Source: Eledone cirrhosa
Lineage: Eukaryota
Length of the DNA stretch: 64,000 bases
Assembly: GCA_964016885.1 (NCBI GenBank)
Contig: OZ024759.1
Coordinates: 32,364,001-32,428,000 of the forward strand
Direction of reading: 5' to 3'
The position numbers were made by a program, and so were the translations under genes. Shown in pieces: positions 1-15,039 of this stretch. The notes under the pieces are model-generated. The model had not been told where the DNA came from, made no database searches, and saw nothing but the letters and a program-made list of their open reading frames with translations. The first letter of the stretch is position 1, and the number at the start of each line of letters is the position of its first letter.

Positions 1-72
<72 letters not shown>

Positions 73-116
73 ATATATATATATACATATATATATATAT
101 ACATATATGTGTATAT

Positions 117-150
<34 letters not shown>

Positions 151-509
151 ATACATACACACGCACACATATATATATATACACACAGGCACATATATAT
201 TTCTCTAACTCCTTACTTGTATTCTTACGCGCTTTAATTCGTAATACACATCACATCCAATAGTTCCGTTCTCCACTTTATATATATGTGTGGTTGTATT
301 GAGGTTTTTCCTTTGATCATCGCTATATCAAACACAATACATATTCCATTTGAAGCACATTTGACACCGTCTGTAGCCTTAAGAACACATTGTTATCGCT
401 AGCATGAATCTCCTTTTTAAATATACCTATTAAACAAATACACTCTTGCACATACATAAATGCGTACATACATTCATACATACATACATAAATACATACA
501 TACATACAG

Positions 510-551
<42 letters not shown>

Positions 552-762
552 GTACATACATACATACATACATACATACATACATACATACATACATACA
601 TACATACATACATACATACGTACGTACGTACATACATGTATATATAACAATTATTCTATGTATTTGTGTTGAGAGACAGAATGAGTGTCGTATGTAGTAG
701 TGCATATAAATATATATATATATATGTGTGCTGTGTGTTCATATGTATATACGTATAGATAA

Positions 763-855
<93 letters not shown>

Positions 856-860
<5 letters not shown>

Positions 861-1473
861 GAAATTGATTGACATATAAATATATCTAAAGTAGACATGA
901 AACAATCACAGGGATTATTTTGTAAAAGTATGTAAGCAGACATAGCTATGTAGGTAACTAAATAACGTTTAACTAGAACTTCAAAAATAGATACCTTATA
1001 AATTGATTATATAAGTTGGATAAATATATAAATACGGCCCCTTAATTGTAGAGCTAACTCAGTTGAAAGGACTTGACTGCTATTTCTAGTTGTCGATAAC
1101 TCTATTCACGCCACTGGGAAGAAGCTGGTACGATGTGTGTATTTTTAGTAAATACAGCACGTGTTACTGGCCAGTCGCTGATTTGAATTTGATGCGTAAA
1201 CACAGATGGTTAGTCCTCTTCCTTGTTGAAAATCCAGGATCTGGCTACTGTCGTTTGCCAATCGATTAATTGGTGAAATATATTTCTTTAATGGAATATA
1301 TACAAGGAAGATTAATCAATTTATAAGGTATCTATTTTGGAAGTTCTAGTTAAACTTTATTTAGTTACCTACATAGCCATGTGTGCTTACAGACTTTTAC
1401 AAATTATCCCCTGTGATTGTTTCATATGTTTATTTTAGATATATTTATATGTCAATCAATTTCTAGTTGATAT
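856..1473. mobile_element. Element with ~155-bp imperfect inverted arms and ~300-bp spacer (MITE/fold-back)
   Basis: 856-1008 is the reverse complement of about 1313-1469; abuts (TA)n. Confidence 0.7.
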
Positions 1474-1637
1474 AAAATGCTCGGATCTATTCATTGGAAT
1501 CTTGGAGCATATTTTACGGGTGATATGGCGCATGTCTATCTAACATGACACCCTTAATTTAACTTAATTTTGGATATATATATATATACATAAGTACATA
1601 TATATATATATATACGTAAGTATATATATATACATAA

Positions 1638-1704
<67 letters not shown>

Positions 1705-1724
1705 AGTACATATATATCTATATA

Positions 1725-1771
<47 letters not shown>

Positions 1772-2114
1772 GTATGTGTGGCTTTACATAAGGTACTCAA
1801 TACATTAAGGAGAGAAAGTAAATGATTTATTTCATACAAAAATGACTTCTACAGAACTAGACCTGTTTCGTTTGTTTGAAAGAAACAGGTAAGGCTTGAT
1901 GATTTCGAAAGAATAAAACAGTTTGAAACTTTCACTGCCACCCATTCGAGCAGGAGCGACAGATTAGCGGAGTTATTAGAGAGACAAACGAGATGCTTTG
2001 TAGTACTTATCCTGGCTCTGTGAGTTCGAATCCCGTCTCATCTCTCTGGAAAAACAACATTTCTGTCAGTTGTGACTGGCAGATAATTTCGACAGTTGAA
2101 AGGAGAGCCCAATA

Positions 2115-2786
2115 GAAACATTGTTTCCTTGGTCACATCTGATGATAAGCTCCTTTCTTCAACCAACAGATAGTATCACTAATGTAAAGACCAATGGAAA
2201 CATTGTTTCCTTGGTCACATCTGATGATAAGCTCCTTTCTTCAACCAACAGATAGTATCACTAATGTAAAGACCAGTGGAAACATTGTTTCCTTGGTCAC
2301 ATCTGATGATAAGCTCCTTTCTTCAACCAACAGATAGTATCACTAAAGTAAAGACCAATGGAAACATTGTTTCCTCGGTCACATCTGATGATAAGCTCCT
2401 TTCTTCAACCAACAGATAGTATCACTAAAGTAAAGACCAGTGGAAACATTGTTTCCTTGGTCACATCTGATGATAAGCTCCTTTCCTCAACCAACAGATA
2501 GTATCACTAATGTAAAGACCAGTGGAAACATTGTTTCCTTGGTCACATCTGATGATAAGCTCCTTTCCTCAACCAACAGATAGTATCTCTAAAGTAAAGA
2601 CCAGTGGAAACATTGTTTCCTTGGTCACATCTGATGATAAGCTCCTTTCCTCAACCAACAGATAGTATCACTAATGTAAAGACCAGTGGAAACATTGTTT
2701 CCTTGGTCACATCTGATGATAAGCTCCTTTCCTCAACCAACAGATAGTATCTCTAAAGTAAAGACCAGTGGAAACATTGTTTCCTT
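2115..2786. repeat. 82-bp minisatellite, ~8 copies
   Basis: gaaacattgtttcc recurs at 2115, 2197, 2279, 2361, 2443, 2525, 2607, 2689, 2771. Confidence 0.95.
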
Positions 2787-2904
2787 GTTCTGAACATTCT
2801 TCTCTAAGGAATTGCGACCAACAGGAAGTATGAGCAACGGAAAGGGCAATGTAAAGGAAACATTGTTTCGCTGGAACAATCTCACGATCGGCCCGTTTCC
2901 AGTC

Positions 2905-2955
<51 letters not shown>

Positions 2956-3303
2956 CAAATAGATAACTAAGGACTTTTTACCGCGTCTGTCAGTTTGTTA
3001 CTACCAGGTGACAAATGTAACAGAAAAACAGTAAATGTTGGTGTTAATCGTAGAATATTCACGTGGAGATTTCCGTGAAGACCTCTTCAATAATTAAGTG
3101 GAAATATTCCATAGAAAATGGAATAAAGCAAGTTTAATTCTCTGTGTATCGCCTCTCCTATAGATTGGAATCTACAGACTGGAAATCGTGACAATTACGC
3201 CAGGCGAAACAACCTGCATCTAAGTTATTACTGTTCTGGTTATTGTTGTTATTGTTGGTCTTGTTGTTGTTATTGTTATTGTTATTATTATTATTATTAT
3301 TAT

Positions 3304-3365
<62 letters not shown>

Positions 3366-3441
3366 ATATTAGTATTGTCATTTTTGTTCTCGTTGTCTGG
3401 TCTGTTAGACAGAATTAATCATTTTGTTTGAATATGTGTTG

Positions 3442-3495
<54 letters not shown>

Positions 3496-3599
3496 ATATG
3501 TATGTATATATATATATATTATATATATATTCATGTATATATATATATATATTAAGTAAGAATATTTTCGAAACAGCGAGTGCATTTGAAATTATTAGA

Positions 3600-3769
3600 A
3601 ATGTTAACTATCGCCGTATTTTGACTAAAGAAATTAAAGAAATTATTTAGCCTGATAGTGGGGTTAAGAACCCTCGGAGTTTTTTCATTTCTCCGAGGGT
3701 TCTTAACCCCACTATCAGGCTAAATAATTTCTTTAATTTCTTTAGTCAAAATACGGCGATAGTTAACAT
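3600..3769. repeat. Perfect hairpin, ~80-bp arms
   Basis: aatgttaactatcgccg...ccctcggag [T-rich loop] ctccgaggg...cggcgatagttaacatt. Confidence 0.85.
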
Positions 3770-4029
3770 TGTGTGTGTGTATAAATGTATGAATATGTAT
3801 ACTGTATTTATGTATATATGCATAGATATATTTATATGTATATGTATACACATGTGGGGTATGGATATACATATCTATACACATATATATATATCTATAC
3901 ACACATATATATATATAGGCATATATATATATATTAATAAGGGTTAATATGGAATTTTTTTTATTTTCCTTATATATATATATATATAAGGAAAATAAAT
4001 AAAAAATTCCATAGGAATTAATGCCATTT

Positions 4030-4345
4030 AACGAAGGAGTGTAGCTCGGAGATCAGAGAGTCACCCCAGGTAGAGCAGCTACTTCTGCGAATTGAGAGAT
4101 CACAGCTCTGATACTATGGGCATGTGGTTAGAATGTCTCAGGAAAGAATCGCGCTGGACGGATTTTACAGGCAAAACCAACAGGTAGGAGACCCAGGGGT
4201 AGACCCCCAAGCAAGATGGTTGGATAACATCCGACCATGTTGCTCGGCTGGTCTCGCTCGTGGAACCAGCTGGATCTGTTGGAGACGGTTGCCTCTGACA
4301 GAATCCGCTGGAGGGAGTGATTGCGTACTCTGCTTCGGCGATCCT
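4030..4345 (+). mobile_element. RTE-clade LINE 3' remnant
   Basis: Frameshifted RIERSQL*YYGHVVRMSQERIA..ILQAKPTGRRPRGRP, typical of an RTE ORF C-terminus. Confidence 0.7.
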
Positions 4346-4433
4346 CTTAGGAATAAATGAGAGAATAAGAGGAAGAGGATGATGGAAGGGGGGGGGGTAG
4401 AAGAAGAAGAAGAAGAAGAAGAAGAAGAAGAAG

Positions 4434-4464
<31 letters not shown>

Positions 4465-4587
4465 GGATTCATATCGAAACATGTAAGAAGTAATCTATAA
4501 ATCCAGTTTTTGAAACCGGCTCCGTAATGATTCCATCACAGTCTAATAAATATTTATATATATAAATGTGTGTGTATGTATACATAC

Positions 4588-4642
<55 letters not shown>

Positions 4643-4701
4643 AAGGCTCTGATAACCATCAACACTATAAACACAGAGCTGGCATATCTAAGAACTGACT
4701 A

Positions 4702-4757
4702 GCTGCCTGATGAGGTCATAGACATTCAATGGCTATCATCGAAATATATATAGCAGT
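4702..4757 (+). ncRNA. Hammerhead motif, family C, in a dispersed repeat (4642-4803)
   Basis: gctgc CTGATGA ggtcatagacattcaatggctatcatc GAAA tatata TA gcagt. Confidence 0.65.
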
Positions 4758-4898
4758 AAATAAAGGATCATAAGTTCATGCAATTGACTTATGTTTCGTC
4801 ACTATATATATATATATATAAAGTTCTCTCGTCTTCTGGTTACCTACCCGTGTTCGATGAATACTATTACTGACGATTAAAAGAATCAGGCTTTTGTC

Positions 4899-4944
<46 letters not shown>

Positions 4945-5163
4945 GCATGTATATATATATATATATGTATAAATTAATAAAAACAATGAATAAAAACAAA
5001 AAACAAGTTCCTTATATTAAAAAAATTCATCATTTTACGATCGTTTCTAGGATATATATGTGTTGGTATGTATATCATATAGATCTATGTAAAAATATTA
5101 CAAACTATCAGAGTAAATATACATACCTTCACATATATATGCTGTCTTCAGAAATGTTTTATC

Positions 5164-5241
<78 letters not shown>

Positions 5242-5373
5242 TGTATATATATATATAGAGAGAGAGAGAGATGTATATATATATGTATATATCTATGTAC
5301 ATATATATGTATATAATATATGTATCTATATATGTATATGTATATATCTATGTACATATATATGTATATAATA

Positions 5374-5520
<147 letters not shown>

Positions 5521-5772
5521 ACACACACAAAATGTTCTCACGCGTGAAGTATTAAGTGTGACTATGAAACACCTTGGTGTCCGTCCGACATTGTTGCTTC
5601 TGTGGATTGTATTAAGCTGCTCTTAGCTTTCTTTGTTCTTTCGCCCGATTTCTTCTCTCTCCATATTTTAGTGCAATGGTGGAAAACACCACATAACTCT
5701 CTCTCTCTCTCTCACTCTCTCTCTCTCTCTCTCTCGCTTTATCTATCTATCTATCTTTCTCTCTCCCTCTCG

Positions 5773-5817
<45 letters not shown>

Positions 5818-5928
5818 CTAACTTTTAAATTCCATCTGTGATAACATTTTACACGTTTTTATTGTATGTAAACTTCCCCCTTTGTATTTGTCCCGTTCTT
5901 TTGTGCCCCTGTGGCTAATAAAGAAATA

Positions 5929-5978
<50 letters not shown>

Positions 5979-6136
5979 CCTATCATATATATATATATAC
6001 ATATATATATATGCATGTATATATTGTACTTGTCCCACTTTTGATGCCCTGGTGGCAAATAAAAGAAACATATGTATCTATCTACCTATCTCTCACACAC
6101 ACACACACACTCACACAGACACGCACGCACACACAC

Positions 6137-6191
<55 letters not shown>

Positions 6192-6799
6192 CACACACAC
6201 TCTCTCTCTCTCTCTCTCTCTCGCACACACACTCTCTCTCTCTCTCTCGCTTGCACACACACTCTCTCTCTTCCTCCCTCTCTCCTTCTCTCTCTCTTTC
6301 TCCCCCTCTTTATCCCCCTCTTTCTCTCTCTCTCCCTATGTATCCCTGTCTATATCTCTCTCCCTCTCTCGCCCTTCTTCTCCATCTCTCTCCCTCTCTC
6401 CCTTTATATCCCTCTTTCTATTGCTTTCCTCCTCTCTCTGCCCTTCTTCTTCGTTTCTCTCAGTCCATCTCCTTCTCTCTCCATTTCTCTCTCTCTCTCT
6501 CACACACACTCTCTCTATAGTTTCCGTTGCCATTTGCACGTTAATTATTCCATTTGTTGTGTATTTTAAAAAGCAGCACCACCGCCATCGCCTCCAACAC
6601 CTCCATCGTCTCCACCACCCCCATCGTCTCCACCACCCCCATCGTCTCCAACACCTCCACACTCCAGCTAACAAACAATCCTACACGAAACACGTTACAA
6701 TATCCGCCATTTTAATTCTACAATGTAACACCTCCATACTTTATCTTTCTTTCTACTTTTCTTTCATCTTTTTTCATGTCTAAAGTAGAAACAATTATT

Positions 6800-6843
<44 letters not shown>

Positions 6844-6904
6844 TATCATCATCATCATCATCATCATCATTATTATTATTATTATTATCATCATCATTAT
6901 GAAT

Positions 6905-7935
6905 TTAATACCTCAGTCATTGTTGTTATTCAACCGGAAAATTTGCCCCTAATGAACATCAAGCCGTTAGCTGCAGCCTCAGATGTTCAGGACTTATCGG
7001 AGCATCTTTGCTGTTCCCAGTAAGCATGCCTGAGTTAATGTCCTTTAGCCAGCCTTGGGAACTCTTCGAGACAGTACCTAGTGCTCCTATGACGACGGGG
7101 ATGACCTTGATCTTATGACAGTCCTAAATCATTTTCAGTTCCCACTTTAGATCCTGGTAACGGTTAATTTTATCCTTCTCCTTTTCTTGCACTAGTGAGT
7201 CTAAGGGACAAGCTATATCTATAATCAAGCAAGATCTTTTTTCCTTATCAAAACCCACCAGATCAGGCCTATTGTGTTCTAATTCTTTATCTGTTTGTAT
7301 CCTGATATTGCTACAGCACCTTCTCACCTGATTGTTTCCTGTCACAGATTCTAGTTTATACTAATATCACTTCTTAGGTTACGGTAAATTATTCAGTTTG
7401 CCTAAATTCTAGGGGATCACTCTTCCTATGATATCATGCCTCCATACTTTATAGTGAGTCTGGGCTAGGTGTTTACACTTGGATACGATGAGAGCCACAG
7501 TTTCTTTTCTCTCTCCACAAATCCTATACAGCTGACTAGCCTCCTGCTTGTCAATATGATGTTTCATCCACTTCGTTATAAGCAATTGCTCCTGTACAAC
7601 CAGTAGCATTCCCTTGTAGCTTTCTTAAGGTCCTCTTTCTTAACCAGTGCCATGCCTGCGCATCTCTGAACTCTGTTTTTTTTTTGTTTGTTTGTATTTT
7701 CAAGATACTTTGATGGGCCTTTTTCATTCAGTTTTTTGTTCCTTTTGGTTGTTACTTATTTCTTGGACATCCCTTGGTCTATTATCTCCTCCTTCAATAA
7801 AACTTAAACATTGCCTCGTTACTCTCAAACACATATTTGTGTAAACAGTCCTCCACGCTGATAAGATATCTTCCCCACCTTCAGATCTCCTTAAGTACAC
7901 TCTGTTAACATCACCCTTCTTATAAAACACACTGT
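6905..7935 (-). mobile_element. Degenerate copy of the same R4/Dong-type LINE
   Basis: Frameshifted pieces: DVNRVYLRRSEGG, RICGERKETVALIVSKC, NRPDLVGFD..IDIACP..INRYQDLKWE. Confidence 0.82.
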
Positions 7936-7969
7936 AGGTACTTTCTTTGTTTTTCTATCCAATTCTTTT

Positions 7970-8027
<58 letters not shown>

Positions 8028-8028
<1 letters not shown>

Positions 8029-8900
8029 GAGCTAACAATCCTGATGTTGACAAAACTTTAACCCATCAGTGGTTGGCATACTCTGGACTGAAATCGGAGA
8101 CTGAAGGACTGATTATATCAGCACAAGATCACTGTCTGCCAACAAAAAATTACCAAGCCAACATAATAAGAAAATGGATACAGCCCATTATGCCGTGTAT
8201 GTAAAAAACAACCAGAGACCATTGATCATATAATCTCAATGTGCAGTCCTATAGCTCCAACCGAATACCTAAACAGGCATGACAGAGCTGCACAATACCT
8301 GCATTGGATAATGTGTAAGCATTTTGACCTGCCCCATCAAAAGAATTGGTGGGAGCATCAACCACCTCCCATACTTGAAAAAGATCACATCTCAATCTTG
8401 TGGAACTTTAGCATCCAAACAGACCGAAAAATAGATGCAAATAGACCTGATATAATACTGAAGGACTTTAAAAAGGGGGTATACCTGCTAATTGATATGT
8501 CCGTTCCAATAGACAAGAATATATCTATAAAAACATTTGAAAAATTGAGCAAGTATAAGGACCTGGAGATAGAAATTGGAAAAATGTGGAAATTGAGAAC
8601 TAAAACAATACCAGTGGTTGTAGGCGCTCTAGGAATGATACCTAAGGGGTCTAATGATTACTTATCGCAAATCCCAGGAAACCCGCGTATAGGAGAAATA
8701 CAAAAGATAGTACTAATGGGAATTGCCCATATACTAAGGAAGATTCTGTCAATATAAGTACATCACAAGTCTAAACACCTAAAGATGCATGTGTGTGTAT
8801 GTATGTTCTTTCTTGAACATGGCGGACCTTGTTGTCTCTTGAGGTCACTGGTTGTGACTTGGTGATAACTCGTATGAACATAAAGCAAGATAAATGCAAC
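8028..8900 (+). mobile_element. 5'-truncated R4/Dong-type (RLE) non-LTR retrotransposon in (TAA)n
   Basis: ETEGLIISAQD, CCHC knuckle CRVC..ETIDHIISMC (after a frameshift near 8170), RHD, RPDII..LIDMSVP..EKLSKYKDL, IPVVVGALG; (TAA)n on both sides. Confidence 0.88.
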
Positions 8901-8949
<49 letters not shown>

Positions 8950-8950
<1 letters not shown>

Positions 8951-9603
8951 TTAACTTTTTCAAATTTCATTTGAAAAGGAAAATCAGGGTGGAGAGGGAA
9001 GTGCTCTCTTCCCAGCAATTTGTTGAAAGATGGATGAGAGAGGCAAGCATGCTCTGAGTATGCGCCTGCAAATTGAAGGTGGAAAACTGAGAGAGGGCAC
9101 TTGCCCGGTTGGCTAGGGTCACCGTGGCTTTTTTAATGGGCTTTCTCCACGAGTCTCCCTCGGAAGTCCCCCCCCCCCCCCCCAATTTGGAAATTATCCT
9201 TTATTTCTTTTTTTTTGTAATTTCCTTTGTTTTTCTTCTTTACACGCAGAAATGCCCATTTGTACCATCCTGTGCTGTCCTTAATGTTATACTGTATGTC
9301 AACCCTTGTGGTTAAGAAAGAAACATTATTATTATTGTGTCTGTAAATTAAAGGTGGAAAACTGGGAGAGGGCACTTGTCCTGGTGTTCAGGGTCGCTGT
9401 GGCCTTTTAATGGGCTTTCTCCACAAATGTTCCTCGGAAGTCTCCCCCCCCCCCCCCTATTGGAGAATTTTTCATTGTTAATTTTTGTTACATCCTCTGT
9501 TTTTGTTTTTTACACGCAGAAATGCCCATTTGTACCGCCCTGTATTGTCCTGTACTGTCCTTAATGTCTACTTTATGTAAACCCTTGTGGTTAATAAAGA
9601 AAG
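8950..9603 (+). mobile_element. LINE 3' end (L1/Tx1-like) with tandemly duplicated 3' UTR
   Basis: NFFKFHLKRKIRVEREV..FVERW* followed by two ~270-bp copies ending cccttgtggttaa(t/g)aaagaaa+(TTA)n. Related tails at 5865-5925 and 6020-6068. Confidence 0.5.
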
Positions 9604-9835
9604 TATTATTATTATTATTATTATTATTTTCGTTATTATTATTCAATCATACCATACAATCCTTTCTTTTCATCCTCTTTTCATTCCTGTTTCCGTTTCT
9701 GTTTTTGTTTCCAACCGCCTGGAAACTTTCTGCAATAAATAATATAAAAATAATATAAAAATTGCAAACAAACAAAACGCCACCACCACAAACTTCAAAA
9801 ACAGAACTACAAAAACATATTATATATATATATAT

Positions 9836-9931
<96 letters not shown>

Positions 9932-9934
9932 CAC

Positions 9935-9993
<59 letters not shown>

Positions 9994-10050
9994 CACACAC
10001 ACATATATATAAATATACATACACACACACACATATATATATATATACAT

Positions 10051-10162
<112 letters not shown>

Positions 10163-10596
10163 AAATAAACGAAACGAAACCAAAGGCAACAAGAATGCAA
10201 ATTACTGTTTTAAAATTATGATTTTTAATCAGGGTTTTTTTTTCGTTTTGGTGTTTTTGTTTTAATTTAATATTTTTTTAAGTTTTCTTATTCTGATCTT
10301 GTAAATATTAATTAAAATTTAACAAAGTTTTTTTCATGATTTTCTTTCTTTTTTCTTTTTTTTTTCTTTTTTCTTTTTTCCTCTTTCTTCTTTCTTCAAG
10401 AATTATTTCACAGAATGATTGGATAGACACTATGTTTATAATTCCACCAGTTATTAGTGTCTTTCATTGACACAAGATCTTCCAAAACTTAATTTAACAT
10501 AATTAATATTATTTAAAGCTGTTCAAACAACTTTTTCTATGTTCACCTCTGTATCATCATTTTTTTTATTACTATTATTATTATTATTGTTGTTCT

Positions 10597-11621
10597 TTGA
10601 GTCTCAGTCATTGATGTTAGTTAACTGGAAAGTTTGTTGAAATGAATATCAAGCCTCTACCTGCAGCCTCAGATATTCAGGACGTATCGGAGGGTTCTTG
10701 CTGTTCCCAGCAAGCATGCCTTTTGAAGTGTTCCAAAAAGCGGGGCGGGACCAATTTTCTTTAACCATCCTTGGAAACTCTTTGAGATAGTACCTAGTGC
10801 ACCTATGACAATCGGGACCACTTTGACTTCATGGCAGTTCCAAATCCTTTTTACCTCCCACTTTAAGTCCTGGTATCGGTTAATTGTCTCCCTCTCCTTC
10901 TCTTGCACTCTCGTGTCGAATGGGCAGGCTACATCCACAACCAGGCACGATCTTTTTCCCTTGTCCAAAACCACCAGGTCAGGTGTATTGTGTTCCAGTT
11001 TCTTGTCCGTCTGTACCCTAAAATCCCACAGCACCTTCACCTGATCATTTTCCATCACCGACTCTGGCTTATGCTCATACCACTTCTCAGAATGTGATAA
11101 ATTGTTTACTTTGCATAGGTGCCAGTGGATCACCCTGCCCATCACATCAAGTCTCCAGCCTTTAGAGTGAGTCTGGTCTAGGTGTTTACACTCGGATACA
11201 ATGTGAGCCACAGTCTCCTCTCTCTCTCCACAGATCCTACACAGTGGGCTAGCCTCCTCCTTGTAAATATGGTGTTTCAGCCACTTCGTTTTGAGGACCT
11301 GCTCTTGCGCAGCCATTAGCATTCCTTCTGTAGCCTTTTTAAGGTCTCCTCTTTTCAACCAGTTGCATATCTGTGGATCTCTAAATTCAGTTTTATCAAA
11401 GAAGGCACTATGAAGGTTGCTCTTTCTCCTTGTTGTTATTTCCTCCCTGGACATCCCCTGGTCTATTGTCCTCTCCTTCAGTACAATTCTGAGCATTGGC
11501 TCCCTACTATCAGTCACGTATTTGTGTAGGTTGCTTTTCTCCATCTGAACACAGTCCTCTATGCTGATAAGACCTCTTCCACCTTCAGATCTCCTTAAGT
11601 AGAGTCTATCGACATCACTCC
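10597..11621 (-). mobile_element. 5'-truncated R4/Dong-type LINE; open frame 11621-10669
   Basis: RLYLRRSEGGRGL, TEGMLMAAQEQ, CRICGEREETVAHIVSEC, PDLVVLD..VDVACP, VPIVIGALG; flanked by (TAA)n on the minus strand. Confidence 0.88.
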
Positions 11622-11668
<47 letters not shown>

Positions 11669-12185
11669 GTCGATAAAATGAAGTACCAGTAATGCACTGG
11701 GTAATTGCTGGCCTTGTGTCAAAAAGGAAACAATTATTATTATTATTATTAATATCGTCATCATTATTATTTTGCACATTATCACTGCATTAGCGAGCGC
11801 AGTCTGTGCGACTTGGGTATGTGCAGTGTGGGTTTTGTAGTGTTGTTTCTATTATATCGAGGACGTAATACGTGTGCAGTGCCTAGTAGTGTTATTTACT
11901 GTATGCTGTATATATTTGTAAGTCCTGGGGTGTTGGTTATGAATCTGTCTCTGTGTCTGTCTGTGTGTTTTTTTTATCATTCCTAGAGCCTCTGTTATTA
12001 TAGGTATTGTTTCTGTCTTCATCATCCTCATTCGGGTTATTTCTATCTCTAGATCTTTATATTTGGATATTTTCTCCTTTTCCTTGGTAGATATACTGTC
12101 GTCTGTGGGGATTGATACATCAATTAGAAGAACTAATTATTATTTTTCTTGTTCTAACCATATATATATATACATACATTTATAT

Positions 12186-12311
<126 letters not shown>

Positions 12312-12462
12312 ATACATTTATATATATACATACACACACACTCTCACATAGACACACACACACTCACATAGACACACACACACACACACACATATATATG
12401 TCCCAAGGCTCTGATACCATCAACACTATACACACAGACCTGGCATATCTAAGAACTGACTA

Positions 12463-12518
12463 ACTGCCTGATGAGGTCATAGCCATTCAATGGCTATCAT
12501 CGAAATATATATAGCAGT
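12463..12518 (+). ncRNA. Hammerhead motif, family C (element 12398-12565)
   Basis: actgc CTGATGA g..atagccat-tca-atggctat..c GAAA tatata TA gcagt; 5-bp stem I, 8-bp stem II. Confidence 0.72.
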
Positions 12519-12559
12519 AAATAAAGGATTATGAGTTCATGCAATTGACTTATGTTTCG

Positions 12560-12633
<74 letters not shown>

Positions 12634-12666
12634 CATTTATATATATATACATACACACACGCACGC

Positions 12667-12701
<35 letters not shown>

Positions 12702-12813
12702 CTTTGGGAGGGTCATGCTGCCAATAGAAATACACGCACCTGTAGGTTTTCACTTCAATTTATTACAAATTTCCAGTTGGTTGGTTTAATAACCGGATGG
12801 TTGTTTGTTTATT

Positions 12814-12856
12814 GCCAAAGCTCTTTCGTCACACATTCTGTGACCTCCTCAGTGAC
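12814..12856 (-). ncRNA. Hammerhead motif, family F, in a ...GACCCTCCCAAAGTATAACA-ended element
   Basis: gtca CTGAGGA g-gtcaca-gaatg-tgtgac GAAA gagc TT tggc. Confidence 0.65.
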
Positions 12857-13733
12857 TATTTTGTTATTGTGTGTAACTCCTTTGTTCTGTCCTACACCAT
12901 TTGGTTTTTGTGTGTTGTGAATTGTGTATTTGAAATACACATAAATATATATATGTGTGTGTGTGTGAGGTGTGTGTGTGTGTGTGTGTGTGTGTATAAA
13001 TGTATGTATATATATATATAGATAGATATATATATGTGTGTGTGTGTGAGTGTCTGTGTGTGTAAATGTATATATATATATATATATATATGTTTGTGTG
13101 TGTGTGTGTGTGTGCGTGTGTATGTGTATTTGTTGAATTCATTAAATTCTAGCTTTGCTCATTTTCTATGCAAATATATTCAAGAAATATTTAAAAAAAT
13201 AAATAAAAATGATATAATTTTGTTTTAACTATAAGAACGAAAAATTTCAAAATGTTTCTACATTCTAAAATATTTTGTAAAGTTTCGAAAAATCATAATT
13301 AATATTAATAATTAAAAAAACAAACTTGTAAATAATTAATTTTAAAAAAAATTTTTTTTTTTTCGTGTATGTGTGATAGAAAGAAATATGTTATTAGATT
13401 ATAACATTTACATTTTTTAAATTTTATGAGATATTTCTATTCTGGTATTTCGAAGAAAGAACCAAAGTAATAATGTAGAATATGATATAGCAAAGAAATG
13501 GTGGAAGTAGTTAAATAAATAAATAATGAAAACTGAAGTTGTAGCAACTGACACTTGTTTCTGCCATCGCTGTTTTATTTTTTTCATTTTTTATTTTCGT
13601 TTGCATACATTTGATATATGAGTGTATATATATACGTGTGTGTTTGTGTGTGTGTGCGTGTGTGTGTGTGTAAGTGTTTGTGTGTATGTATCTCTCTCTC
13701 TATATATATATTGAAATTATATATATATATATG

Positions 13734-13931
<198 letters not shown>

Positions 13932-13948
13932 GTGTTTGTGTGTATGTA

Positions 13949-13980
<32 letters not shown>

Positions 13981-14003
13981 CACATATATATATATATTGA
14001 AAT

Positions 14004-14050
<47 letters not shown>

Positions 14051-14086
14051 AAATTATATATATATGTATATATATATATATAATTT

Positions 14087-14132
<46 letters not shown>

Positions 14133-14245
14133 TTTCGCAAGTATCGTGTATTTAGTTGCATATGGTTTTTCAAGTCTAAACTGGTAATTCCCAATATATA
14201 TTTATTTATAAACACACACCACACATATGTATACATATATATATA

Positions 14246-14287
<42 letters not shown>

Positions 14288-14653
14288 ATTATCCACAAGA
14301 AATGAATGAATTCCACGATAATTTTCTTCTCGCGAAAGCGAAAGAGTGAGAGTGAGTGAGAGATGCGAGAAAGAGATATAGAAGAAGAATTGACCCCAGT
14401 ATTAGACTGGTACTTTCTTTATCGACCTCGAAAGGATGAAAGTCAAAGTTGACCTCGGCGAGATTTGAATAATTCCGAGTTGGAAAAGTTGGAACGAATC
14501 CCAGAAGATATTCTACGTCGTGCTCTAATGACCCTTTTTTTTTTTTTTAAATTTGCCCCCTAAACAACATGAAGATTCCCAATAGCCCTTTCGTCTACTT
14601 TCCCATACATCCAGATTTGCCCCTCTTTACTTCTTCCCCATTTTCTTATTACT

Positions 14654-15039
14654 TACCGTATTTCCCGGCGCCGAAGTCGCTTCGTCCTCAAGGACACACC
14701 ATAATTTTGACAACCAAAATTTTGAAAAAAAAAAAAAAATAATGATAATTGTTTCTACTTTTGACACAATTATATCAGTGTATTACTGGTACTTTATTTT
14801 ATCGACCCGTTATGGATGAAAGGCAAAGTTAACTTCGGCGGGACTTGAACTCAGACCATAAAGGGCCGTAACTCTATACGTCAAAGCATGGCGTCCGACT
14901 CTCTATCGATACTGCCAATCCACCGCCCTAAAAAAAAATAATAATAATAAACAACCTTTGGCTTCCAGGACCCATGGTAGATTTTTGAGACTTATTTTAG
15001 GGAAAAAAGTAGCGCCTTGGACCCCCGGGAAATACAGTA
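14654..15039. mobile_element. pogo/Tigger-like MITE (TA-CCGTA ends) with a nested SINE
   Basis: ta-ccgtatttcccgg ... ccgggaaatacag-ta terminal inverted repeats with TA flanks. Confidence 0.6.

Noticed and set aside
2115-2786. CRISPR array, box C/D snoRNA array or tandem hammerhead (CTGATGA plus GAAAcattgTT in each unit)
   Set aside because: No variable spacers or cas genes. I could not close stem I or stem II around the core, and no terminal C/D stem is evident.
3650-3700. Hammerhead in the 3.6 kb hairpin (gcCTGATAGtggggttaagaaccc)
   Set aside because: The core reads CTGATAG rather than CTGANGA, and no GAAA follows the stem.
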